From: a virus
IMG/VR virus record: IMGVR_UViG_3300032224_000679
Coordinates: 21,487 to 85,486 of that record
Length of the DNA stretch: 64,000 nt
Direction: 5' to 3' (one strand)
Of this stretch, positions 1-10,900 are shown one piece after another (the stretch's first letter is position 1; the number at the start of each line of letters is the position of its first letter). Below the pieces are notes generated by a model. It was not told where the DNA came from. It worked only from the letters and a program-made list of their open reading frames with translations, and searched no databases. The translations under genes and the position numbers were made by a program.

Positions 1-1
1 C

Positions 2-2104
2 TCCGGTATAAAAACACATTATTGGGATGGCACCGCAGATAGGCAGTCATTCTTCGGAAGAACAAATGACACAGGTAACTTTGAATATTATTCAAATGTT
101 ATTAGTGAAACTGGTAACATTGTTACTGGCACGTACGGAACAATAAAAACTGGAAACTTAACTTTAACCGGCACAGCCACTATTGCAAGTACACTAACTG
201 TTCAATCAAATATAACAGCCAATGCAATAACAGTTAATAACAGTGGAACATTTGGCACTACCTTAAGCGCACTAGGCGGTTTACAAGCCACACCAATTGG
301 TAATGTTGCACCTAGTACTGCTATCTTTACTAGCGAAAGCGTTAGTGGCAATAGTACCGTTAATGGATTAACGGTTAATAATTCAGCAACGATTGGCGGT
401 ACGCTGGGTGTTACGGGTAACTTAATTGCAGGCAACTTATCTGCCACTAACTTTGTAGGCAATGCAATAACACTTGGAACTAATACCGCAGGACAATTAG
501 TCAGCAATGCAGTTACTTTAACATCAGGAACTTCTATTACTAACAGTATAGCACAATTAAATTATGTATTAGGTAAACTTGTACCTACTGCACCAAACAA
601 CTTCCCAGGCGGACAATCGTTAACGATCAGTACATTGAGTACATATCGTATGGCTAACTTTACACAAACTGATAACACCGCTACTGGCGGCAAATCAGTC
701 GCAGGTGGAACCAGTGTTGCTAACGTCAGACGTGTTAACACTTATACCACATCTACTATAGCCAACGTTGGCCCGGGTGACAGTGGCATAGTCACAGCAT
801 ACAGAAACGGAGTTGGTGTAGGTAATGTTACATTAATTGCTGGAAACGTAAGCGGAACATATGGCAATTTAGTAATTACTCGTAGTGGTGACTATGCGAA
901 CGTTTCAAACGTTACACCTGGCTTTTGGTATAGTTTTAGTTCAAGTTTAAGTGGCAACGTCATAGCAGGGTGGAACGAAGTTTATATAGCGCACAGTACA
1001 ACAGCCAACACAAATATTCCTTATTGGTATTATGATTCATCTGCTCCGGGCACACCAACTTGGAGTAATACCAATATTTCAATGACCACAAATAGTTCTA
1101 CTTATTCAAGTACTATTCCGCACTTGAACAGTGGTTCTGCATTTACACTAACTGGCAATGTGGCAAAACTAAGTGGAGATATGTTCCCAAGCGGTGCTAG
1201 CTCTAATGCTTATGCGTTTGTAACTGGCTCAGCAGGCGGCGCATTGGCTGCACCAACTAGTGTAACTTATGCAGGTGCAAACGTAACTTGGCCATTGGCA
1301 CAAAATTTATATGTAAGTTCAGGCAGTGCTTATTTGTCCACAACAGCCGCAGTTATCAGTGGATTTGGATCAAGCAGTACTGGTCCAAGTTTAACAGCAG
1401 ATAACAGTTACTTTACAGGTGCGGCAACATTTAGTCCTGGTGTTACTATTTTATATAAAACTGGTACAAGTACACAGATTGAAGAAACAAGTATAACTGT
1501 AACCAGTGTGGGTACTGGTAGTGGTAATGCATTACGAGTTATAAATCCAGGTAGTACAGATACTCCCGTGATATCAGCCAACACAGCATTTAACAGTCAA
1601 ACATCCACACTGCAAACATATGATACAACAGTAGTTGCTGCCATATTAAAACACGACCAAGTTAATTATTCAACTGGTTACTTGCCAGTTGGTCCTAATT
1701 TAAGTTCAGGCAGAACAGGAGATCAATATTTCACATTCAGATTTACAAGAACAGTTGTTAGTAAATTTGATATCAGTATAACTGGTAACGTAGCAGGATG
1801 TTTTGTAGCACTGCCGGGTAGTACCATAGATAGTACAAGTACATTAAATGGTTGGATAGACATGAGTGTTGCATATGCTGGATCAGGCGTACCTGGTGCA
1901 AATACTGGAGCAGGCGGCAATGGAAGTAACGGCTGTGCATTGGGTGGTGTGTTTACCACAAACTCATCATCTACACAAAGTAAAACTTGTACATTTGGTA
2001 CAGTAAGTTCAAGTAGTACAGTAAGCAACGAAATTTTTGTAAGATTAAGACTGGTATCAGGTCAAACTGTTACCGCACTAAGTATAGTAACAGCGACTCA
2101 TTAA
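2..2104 (+). CDS. Giant fibre-like virion protein, 5'-truncated by the window edge
   Basis: The frame is open from base 2 (SGIKTHYWDGTADRQSFFG...) with no stop, so the 635 start in the ORF track is internal. The C-terminal ~520 aa are paralogous to the C-terminus of 2106..7946. Confidence 0.85.
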   Translation, partial: SGIKTHYWDGTADRQSFFGRTNDTGNFEYYSNVISETGNIVTGTYGTIKTGNLTLTGTATIASTLTVQSNITANAITVNNSGTFGTTLSALGGLQATPIGNVAPSTAIFTSESVSGNSTVNGLTVNNSATIGGTLGVTGNLIAGNLSATNFVGNAITLGTNTAGQLVSNAVTLTSGTSITNSIAQLNYVLGKLVPTAPNNFPGGQSLTISTLSTYRMANFTQTDNTATGGKSVAGGTSVANVRRVNTYTTSTIANVGPGDSGIVTAYRNGVGVGNVTLIAGNVSGTYGNLVITRSGDYANVSNVTPGFWYSFSSSLSGNVIAGWNEVYIAHSTTANTNIPYWYYDSSAPGTPTWSNTNISMTTNSSTYSSTIPHLNSGSAFTLTGNVAKLSGDMFPSGASSNAYAFVTGSAGGALAAPTSVTYAGANVTWPLAQNLYVSSGSAYLSTTAAVISGFGSSSTGPSLTADNSYFTGAATFSPGVTILYKTGTSTQIEETSITVTSVGTGSGNALRVINPGSTDTPVISANTAFNSQTSTLQTYDTTVVAAILKHDQVNYSTGYLPVGPNLSSGRTGDQYFTFRFTRTVVSKFDISITGNVAGCFVALPGSTIDSTSTLNGWIDMSVAYAGSGVPGANTGAGGNGSNGCALGGVFTTNSSSTQSKTCTFGTVSSSSTVSNEIFVRLRLVSGQTVTALSIVTATH

Positions 2105-2105
2105 T

Positions 2106-5100
2106 ATGGCCATATCAGATACACAAAAAGTAGATTACTTATACAAGAAACTAGGTTACGGTGTAGCTAAAACTGACACTTCATCTGTCAAGAGTCCCAG
2201 TAACGAAGCCAATGCGAGCCCGTTACTGATTCGTGGTGATACATTGTGGGTCAACTCTGGCAACGTACCAGCATCCGCACCCAGTTCAAATACTAGCATT
2301 GTTGCAGTGTATACAGGAACTGCGGCAATTAAAACAGTCAACGATGGCACATCCAGTACTAACAGAACTTGGTTAACTAATTTATCCGACTGGATTGGTA
2401 GTGAATTTGGCGCAACATATCAACCCCGAGTTTGGGCAGCACCCGCCGCTACAGCCAATGCGGCAGCGTCTGGAACAAGACTATTTCCAGACGGCAGCGG
2501 CAACAATGACAGTTGGTTCTTTGATCCACAAGCTGGTATTTTAAACTTTGCAGATACTAGCGTACCAACAGCAGTCACGGGTAATGTGGTATTCATTGAA
2601 GGCTATAGGTACATTGGGCCAAAAGGCGTTGCCAATGCCACAGGAAATATTACGTTCAGTAACGTTACTATCACTAATAATTTTGCCAATGCAAATATTT
2701 TTATAACACCAACAGGCACTGGTCAATTAATTGTAAACAGTAATCTAACTGCAAATGCGCTGACAATCAACAACTCAGCTACCATTGGATCAACACTGGG
2801 TGTGACTGGTAACGTAACTGCTCCTTATTTTATTGGTAATATAATTGGTAATGTTTCGGGTAATCTTTCAGCAGCCGGGGCCAATACACAAGTCATGTTT
2901 AATGACGTTGGTACGATTGCAGGCAATACCGGATTAACTTTTAACAAACAAACTCAAGTTTTAAGTTTAACAGGAAATTTAGTTGCGTCAGGAATTACTG
3001 CCAATAATTCAATCACAGCAGGAACAACACTAAGTGCTGCTGGTGGTATACAGAATACTCCTATAGGTAACGTAACTGCTAGTTCAGGTCAATTTACCAC
3101 GTTAAGTGCGACAGGTAACGTAACTGGCGCTGCTTTAACAAGTAATGGAAGTATAACTGCGATTACCACGCTAAGTGCTCTTGGAGGCATACAAGCAACG
3201 CCCATTGGCAATGTTACTGCGTCAACAGGTCAATTTACTACTGTGTCCGCAACTGGTAACGTAACTGGTGCTGCATTGACCAGCAATGGATCAATTACAG
3301 CAATTACTTCGCTAAGTGCATTAGGTGGATTACAAGCAACACCTATAGGTAACGTTACTCCAAGTACAGCAATATTCACAAGTCAAAGCACCAGCGGCAA
3401 TGCTACTGTAAATGCTCTAACAGTTAACAACTCGGCTACAGTAGGCGGCACATTAGGTGTAGTTGGTACATTAACCGGAACAGCAATAACCACAACAGGC
3501 AATGTCACAGCCGCTGGACTAACTAGTAATGCAAGTATAACAGCAGGAACGACTATCAGTGCTCCTGCAGGTCTACAAGCAACTCCAATTGGTAATGTTA
3601 CCCCAAGTACAGCAACATTTACCAGTGCTATTGTCAGTGGAGCATTAAGTGTGGGCGGTAATGCTACAGTTAATGCACTGGCAACAAATGGTAGTGCAGT
3701 AATTAACACAACGTTACAGGCTATCGCAGGTATTCAGAACACACCAATTGGCAATTTAACACCTAGTACAGGTAACTTTACTACACTAAATGCTAGTTCA
3801 GGATTAACTGGCAGTGCATTGACAGTAAACGGTGTTGCTACTGTTGGGTCAACTTTAACAGTATCTGGCGCCACAACAGTTAACAGTTTAACAAGTAATG
3901 GCGCAGTCAGCGGCACAACTGCTCAATTTACAACAATTAATGGGTCAGGCAATGCAACCCTATCAGGACTAAATGTAAACAACAGTGCAACTATTGGCAC
4001 AACATTAAGTGCCAATGCAGGTATTCAAAATACAGCAATTGGTAATGTAACACCTAGTACTGGTAATTTTACTACATTAGGTACTACTGGTAATTTAACG
4101 GTGTCGCAGTTAACAGTTAATACCACTGCTACTGTTGGTACAACATTGGGTGTTGGCAGTAACATTACCGTTGGTGTGGGTACTGGTGGTAATATAACTG
4201 GTGCTAATTTAATATCAGCTAATTCATTTACTGCCGCAGTATCATTTAATGGACCTGTAAATGGGACATTGGGCTCAGCAGGCGGCAATACTGCTATTGT
4301 TACTACACTGAGTGCGACAGGTAATGTAACTGCGGCAGCAGTAACTAGTAACAGTAGCATTACCGCTGCCACTACAATAAGTGCTAATGCAGGTATTCAA
4401 AATACAGCAATTGGTAATGTTACACCTAATACTGGTAATTTTACTACACTAACAGCAAGTTCTGTATCAATTAGTGGAAATGCTATAGTTGGTAATTTAG
4501 ATGTATTGGGTAATGTAACTTATATTAATAGTACTATTACCACAATACTTGATCCAATCATTGAACTAAACACCAGTGCAAACGGTGCGCCATTAAGTGG
4601 CAGTGCTCCTTATGATTCAGGTATAAAAACACATTATTGGGATGGATCAGCTGACAGACAGTCATTCTTTGGTAGAGCAAATGATTCTGGATTCTTAGAA
4701 TATTATTCAAATGTAATCAGTGAGTCAGGTAATATCGTCACTGGTACATACGGAACTATTAAAACTGGTAATTTACTATTAACTGGTAATGCTACTATTG
4801 CAAGTACATTGAATGTGCAAGCAAACACCACAGTAAATGCTTTGACTGTTAATAACAGCGGAACATTTAATACTACGTTGAGTGCGCTCGGAGGCCTACA
4901 AGCAACACCAATTGGTAATGTTGCCCCAAGCACTGCATTGTTTACTTCAGTGGGTTCTAGCGGTAATGTCACAACCAGTGCATTAACAGTTAACAATTCA
5001 GCTACTATAGGATCATCTTTAGGAGTTGTAGGAACATTAACTGGTACAACTATTAATGCTGCGACATTTGGTAATACTAGTGCTGTGTTTACTGGCGCAA

Positions 5101-7946
5101 CATACACAGCAACCAATTCATTTAATGGCCCACTGAACGGAACATTGGGATCTGCAGGTGGAAATACAGCTATTGTTACAACACTAAGTGCCACAGGCAA
5201 TGCCACAGTAAATGCATTAACGGTGAACAGTAGTGCAGTAGTTGGTACAACATTACAAGCATTGGGCGGCTTGCAAGCAACCCCAATTGGTAATGTAACA
5301 GCTAGCTCAGGTCAGTTTACCACAGTTTCAACAACAGGAAATATAACAACTGCGGCATTAACTACAAATAGCTCTGCAACCATTGGTTCAACTTTAGGCG
5401 TAACTGGAAACATTACTGCCAGCAATTTAAATTTAACCAGCAATACTATTTCTTTTGCTAATTCAAGTATTGTACAAGTTAATCCTTTGGCTTTGGCTAT
5501 TACAGGTGCGTATCAAATTGCTATTAAACCAGCGGGCGGTTCATACCAATGGACATTTAATAACGACGGTTCGTTAACTGGTCCGCAATATATCACTGCA
5601 TTGGGTGGTATACAAGCAACACCAATTGGTAATGCTACTGCTAGTACAGGGCAGTTTACAACATTGTCAGCAACTGGTAATGTTACTGGTGCTGCATTAA
5701 CTAGTAATGGAAGTATCACAGCAGCCACTACATTGAGTGCGTTAGGCGGTATACAAGCAACACCAATTGGTAATGTAACAGCTAGCTCAGGTCAATTTAC
5801 TACTGTTAGTGCAACCGGAAATATCACAGCAAGTGCATTAACTATTAATAATTCAGTTACGGTTGGCACAACATTAGGTGTCACTGGTAATGCCACAGTT
5901 GGCAACATTCTTGCTAATGCATTTTATTTTGCAAATGGTGCTCCGTTTACTAGCGTAGGCGGAACAACGGGACAAATACAATACAATAACGCCGGTAACC
6001 CTGCAGGCGCAACATACTTGACTTATGTTAGCGGTAATGGGCAGATTATTGCCAATGCAGGTATAAGTTCAACTAATACAGTAACTGGTACAATGGTAGT
6101 TACTGGAGGAGTTGGCGTCAGCGGTAACATTAATGCTGATGGATTGGCAGTAAATAACTCTACTACAATTGGATCTACATTAAGTGTAACTGGTAATGTA
6201 ACATTATCAGCAAATATCACTAGCCCAACAAATACTAATGTGACATTGGCCCCAGCTGGTACTGGTGTTGTATCAATTAAATCTAGCGTAGGCGGCGCAA
6301 CTGGAATAGCAATGGGTACACCTACACAAGGTAACTTAACAAGTAATGCGGTTACATTAACAGCGGATAGTAGTATTACAAATAGTATTGCACAGTTAAA
6401 TGTAGTATTAGGTAAATTAGTTCCAACAGCACCAAATAACTTCCCAAGCACTTTTACACTGACTGTTACCACAGCCACAGTTGGTCCGTATAGAATGGCT
6501 AATACAAGTCAAACGGATAATACTAACAGCGGCGGCAAAACAGTTGCAGCAGGTACTAGTTTGAGTGTAATTCGTGGAAGCGGATACACAACAAGCACAA
6601 TAGCCAACGTTGGACCAGGCGACAGTGGCGTTCTTACTGGCTACAGAAACGGTGTAGCAGTAGGTAACGTTGCGCTAACTGGTAGTAGCAATGGTACATA
6701 CAGTAACTTAGTAGTCCTAAACAATCAAGATTATCACAATGTGGTCAGCAGTGTATCTGCCGGTTTTTGGTATTCATTCTCAACGTATATGTCTGGTGTA
6801 GTACAACCAGGATGGAATGAAGTAAATATCAAACACAGTACAACAGCCAACACAAATATTCCTTATTGGTACTATGATTCAACTAGTCCGGGCACACCAA
6901 CTTGGAGTAATGTTAATATAGCATTGGCTTCAAATAGCTCTACCTATAGTAGTACTATACCTCACTTGAACAGTAGTTCAATATTCACTTTAACTGCTAA
7001 CGTTGCCAAATTAAGTGGAGATACATTCCCATCAAGTAACACATTTGTCACAGGCACAGCAGGTGGTGCAATTGCCGCACCAAGTAGTGTTACGTATGCC
7101 CAAGCAGTTGGTATAACTTATCCGCTAGCACAAAATTTATATGTAAGTTCAGGCAGTGCTTATCTAAGCACCAATGCCGCAGTAGCCAGTGGATTTGGAT
7201 CAAGCAGTACTGGTCCAAGTTTAACAGCAGATAACAGTTATTCAACAGCCTCACAATCGTTTACTACAGCATTAGGAAAAACAGTGTTGTACAAAACTGG
7301 AACAGCCAGCTCAATGGAGGAAACCAGCATTACATTTGGTAGTACAGTGGGTACTGGATCAGGTTTAGCATTTAGAATTATTAATCCAGGCAGTGCAGAC
7401 ACTCCTACATACACTGGTACAGAAGCAGCATTTGACAGTCAGAACAGTACACTACAAACTTATGATGCTACTATTGTCGCCGCAGTGCTTAAAAACGACA
7501 CAACAAACTATTCAACAGGATATTATCCAGTTGGTCCTAACCTAAGCGGACAAGGTGCATCACAGTACTTTACATTTAAGTTTATTCGCACATCTGTATC
7601 AAAATTTGATATTAGATTTACAGGAACCATAGCAGGCCTTTGGGTAGCACTGCCAGGTAGTACCATTGATTCTACTTCAACGTTGAATGGATGGTTGGAT
7701 TTAAGTGTAGCATATGGGGGCTCAGGTATACCTGGTGCAAACACTGGCGCAGGAGGCAATGGTAGTAATGGTGGCTCATTGGGAGGCACAGCACCATTGA
7801 ATTCAGCACAAGTAAACAAAAACGTTACAGTAACATTCGGTACAGTAAGTTCATCGAGTACAGCAACTAACGAAATATACGTTAGAATAAAACTTACCGC
7901 AGGACAAACCGTAACAGCATTATCATTACAGACAGCGAGTAACTAA
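2106..7946 (+). CDS. Giant repetitive tail-fibre/virion appendage protein (1946 aa)
   Basis: G/T/N/A/S-rich with a 47-aa TPIGNVT...LSALGGxQA repeat. N-terminus is paralogous to 7948..14268 and C-terminus to 2..2104. Confidence 0.85.
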   Translation: MAISDTQKVDYLYKKLGYGVAKTDTSSVKSPSNEANASPLLIRGDTLWVNSGNVPASAPSSNTSIVAVYTGTAAIKTVNDGTSSTNRTWLTNLSDWIGSEFGATYQPRVWAAPAATANAAASGTRLFPDGSGNNDSWFFDPQAGILNFADTSVPTAVTGNVVFIEGYRYIGPKGVANATGNITFSNVTITNNFANANIFITPTGTGQLIVNSNLTANALTINNSATIGSTLGVTGNVTAPYFIGNIIGNVSGNLSAAGANTQVMFNDVGTIAGNTGLTFNKQTQVLSLTGNLVASGITANNSITAGTTLSAAGGIQNTPIGNVTASSGQFTTLSATGNVTGAALTSNGSITAITTLSALGGIQATPIGNVTASTGQFTTVSATGNVTGAALTSNGSITAITSLSALGGLQATPIGNVTPSTAIFTSQSTSGNATVNALTVNNSATVGGTLGVVGTLTGTAITTTGNVTAAGLTSNASITAGTTISAPAGLQATPIGNVTPSTATFTSAIVSGALSVGGNATVNALATNGSAVINTTLQAIAGIQNTPIGNLTPSTGNFTTLNASSGLTGSALTVNGVATVGSTLTVSGATTVNSLTSNGAVSGTTAQFTTINGSGNATLSGLNVNNSATIGTTLSANAGIQNTAIGNVTPSTGNFTTLGTTGNLTVSQLTVNTTATVGTTLGVGSNITVGVGTGGNITGANLISANSFTAAVSFNGPVNGTLGSAGGNTAIVTTLSATGNVTAAAVTSNSSITAATTISANAGIQNTAIGNVTPNTGNFTTLTASSVSISGNAIVGNLDVLGNVTYINSTITTILDPIIELNTSANGAPLSGSAPYDSGIKTHYWDGSADRQSFFGRANDSGFLEYYSNVISESGNIVTGTYGTIKTGNLLLTGNATIASTLNVQANTTVNALTVNNSGTFNTTLSALGGLQATPIGNVAPSTALFTSVGSSGNVTTSALTVNNSATIGSSLGVVGTLTGTTINAATFGNTSAVFTGATYTATNSFNGPLNGTLGSAGGNTAIVTTLSATGNATVNALTVNSSAVVGTTLQALGGLQATPIGNVTASSGQFTTVSTTGNITTAALTTNSSATIGSTLGVTGNITASNLNLTSNTISFANSSIVQVNPLALAITGAYQIAIKPAGGSYQWTFNNDGSLTGPQYITALGGIQATPIGNATASTGQFTTLSATGNVTGAALTSNGSITAATTLSALGGIQATPIGNVTASSGQFTTVSATGNITASALTINNSVTVGTTLGVTGNATVGNILANAFYFANGAPFTSVGGTTGQIQYNNAGNPAGATYLTYVSGNGQIIANAGISSTNTVTGTMVVTGGVGVSGNINADGLAVNNSTTIGSTLSVTGNVTLSANITSPTNTNVTLAPAGTGVVSIKSSVGGATGIAMGTPTQGNLTSNAVTLTADSSITNSIAQLNVVLGKLVPTAPNNFPSTFTLTVTTATVGPYRMANTSQTDNTNSGGKTVAAGTSLSVIRGSGYTTSTIANVGPGDSGVLTGYRNGVAVGNVALTGSSNGTYSNLVVLNNQDYHNVVSSVSAGFWYSFSTYMSGVVQPGWNEVNIKHSTTANTNIPYWYYDSTSPGTPTWSNVNIALASNSSTYSSTIPHLNSSSIFTLTANVAKLSGDTFPSSNTFVTGTAGGAIAAPSSVTYAQAVGITYPLAQNLYVSSGSAYLSTNAAVASGFGSSSTGPSLTADNSYSTASQSFTTALGKTVLYKTGTASSMEETSITFGSTVGTGSGLAFRIINPGSADTPTYTGTEAAFDSQNSTLQTYDATIVAAVLKNDTTNYSTGYYPVGPNLSGQGASQYFTFKFIRTSVSKFDIRFTGTIAGLWVALPGSTIDSTSTLNGWLDLSVAYGGSGIPGANTGAGGNGSNGGSLGGTAPLNSAQVNKNVTVTFGTVSSSSTATNEIYVRIKLTAGQTVTALSLQTASN

Positions 7947-7947
7947 C

Positions 7948-10900
7948 ATGGCAGTATCTGACGCACAAAAAGTTGACCTCTTATATAAAAAGTTATTTGG
8001 TGTTGCCAAGACTGACAACTCTACAAATAAAGCGCCAAGTAACGAATCGATTGCTAGTCCAGCGTTTTTACGTGGCGATACAATTTGGACTCAGTCAACA
8101 CTTATTCCAAACGTTGCAGCCAACGTATCTACTGTTGTACAAGGGTACACCGGCGGCGGTGCTGTACAATGTACAGCTGATACCACAACAACTCCTATTA
8201 GCACAGTATATCCAACTTGGAAAACAAATTTAACTAATTGGGTTCCTCCAGAATTTGGTGCCACATATTTGGTAAAAGTTTATGCGGCTCCCACAGGACA
8301 AGCCAACGTTGAAGCCACAGGCACTCAATTATCTGCTGCTGGTTCGGGTGGTACAGGTGAATGGTATTTTGATCCAGTTGCGGGTGTACTAAACTTTATT
8401 GGACAAACAATACCTAGTGCATTGAGTAGTTCCAATGTAATTTACGTTGTTGGTTATAGATACATAGGCACCACCGGAGTCTCGTCTACATCCAATGTAA
8501 CTGCTGGTAATATCAATATTGCTAATAATTCTATTATTAGTACAAACGCCAACGGCAATATTTTATTAACACCTAACGGTACTGGTAACGTACTAATTTC
8601 TAGTAATGCTACATTAACTGGCAATGCTACAATTAACGGACTAACTGTTAATACCAGTGGAGTGTTTAACACTACATTACAAGCAAAAGCAGGTATACAA
8701 AATACACCAATTGGTAATGTCACCCCAAGCACAGCTATTTTTACTACAGAGAGTGTCAGCGGTAATAGCACAGTAAATGCATTAACAGTTAACACCAGCG
8801 CAGTTATAACTTCTACACTACAATCAAAAGCAGGTATACAAAATACAGTTATTGGTAATGTAACACCAGCCGAGGGATATTTCACAAGCATCAGCACTAC
8901 TCTTGACAGTATAATGGGCGCCAACTTAACGGTTAACGGCAACTTAATTATTATTGGTAATACCATTACATCAGGATCTAATAATGTTAGCTTTACTGAC
9001 AGTATTATCGAACTCCATACTTTACCTAATCTAGGAAACTTAACTTTCAATGATGGTAAAGACATCGGTATTAGATTCCATTATTATTTTACAGAAAACC
9101 AAGACGCCGCTTTAGTGTTGGCCAACGACACTGGTTTCTTAGAGTGGTATGGTGCGTTTGCGGCAGAAACAGCAAATAGTAATATTGGTGGTAATGCTAC
9201 ATACGGAACAATTAAATCAGGTGAATTGCTACTCGCCAACACCACAATATCCACATCAAGCTCAACTGGTGCGCTACGTGTAAGTGGTGGTGCAGGTGTA
9301 ACTGGAAATATATATGTTGGGGGACTGGGCCGATATTCAGGCGGATTACAAAATACACCAATTGGTAACGCAACACCGAGTACAGCACTATTCACTAGCG
9401 TTGGATCGAGTGGAAATATAACAGCATCAGCACTAACTGTTAATAATTCTGCCACAGTGGGCGGCACACTAGGCGTTACGGGAACAACTACCGCAGCCGC
9501 AATTACTGCTAGTGGTACAGTACAACCAAATGCTAATGCTAGTGTTGACTTTGGTACAACCGGTGCATATTGGAACAACGGATATATCAAAACATTAAAT
9601 GCACCTAGTATAACTGGTGTATTGCAAACAAACGCACAAACCAATATTACTTCAGTTGGTACACTGACTGGGCTAACATTAAGTGGTACGCTATTTGGTA
9701 CAACCATCAATGCAGCCACAATTGGTAACAGCGGGGCAAACTTCTCGGGCGCAACCTACACAGCAACCAACTCATTCAATGGCCCGTTAAACGGAACATT
9801 GGGATCAGCGGGCGGAAATACTGCTATAGTCAGCACTTTAAGTGCTACTAGCAATGCCACAGTTAATGCATTGACTGTTAACAATAGTGCAACTATTGGC
9901 ACAACATTGAATGTTACTGGTAATGTAATTTTTAATAGTAATTTAGGTATTGATGGTGGGCAAGTAACTATATTTGACAGTATCTTAGATTTACATACTT
10001 ACAGTAATCTAGCTCCGTGGACTGTTGACGATGGAAAAGATATCGGCTTACGTATGCATTACTACAAAGGTGCCGATACGTTAGCATTCCTTGGAATAGA
10101 AAACACTACAAATACACTACAATTTTTACAAAATGCCACTGAGACCAGTAGTAACGTGACTGGTACATTTGGTAATGTGCAGTTCGGTAGTTTAACATTA
10201 TCAAACACTACTATAAGTGCAAATACAACATCAGGCGCATTAATAGTATCGGGTGGTGTGGGTGTAAGTGGCAATTTAAACGTTGGCAATGCATTGTCTG
10301 TATCTGGAGGCATTCAAAATACCCCAATTGGTAATGCAACTGCATCAACTGGTCAGTTTACTACATTATCGGCAACTGGAAACTTAACTGCGGCAGCAGT
10401 AACCAGTAACGGATCGATTACGGCTGTTACTACATTGAGTGCATTAGGTGGCATACAAGCAACTCCAATTGGTAATGTTGCACCAAGTACAGCATTGTTC
10501 ACTAGTGTCGGGTCAAGTGGAAATACTACTGTATCTGCATTGACAGTCAACAATTCGGCAACGGTTGGGTCTACTTTGGGTGTTGTGGGAACTTTAACCG
10601 GTACAACTATTAATGCTGCTACATTTGGTAATGCCAGTGCCGTGTTCACTGGTGCAACTTATACAGCAACTAATTCATTTAATGGACCACATAACGGAAC
10701 ATTGGGCAGTGCCGGTGGTAACACGGCTATAGTTACAACATTAAGTGCCACAGGCAATGTAACAGCAGCCGCAGTAACTAGCAATGGGAGTATAACCACA
10801 ATCACTACTTTAAGTGCATTAGGTGGTATACAAGCAACTCCAATTGGTAACGTAACCGCTAGTTCAGGTCAATTCACTACAATAAGTGCTACAGGTAATG

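Noticed and set aside
2-7946. Paralogous C-termini as a diversity-generating retroelement template/variable pair
   Set aside because: Both copies are coding, differences are not adenine-specific, and no reverse transcriptase is present.
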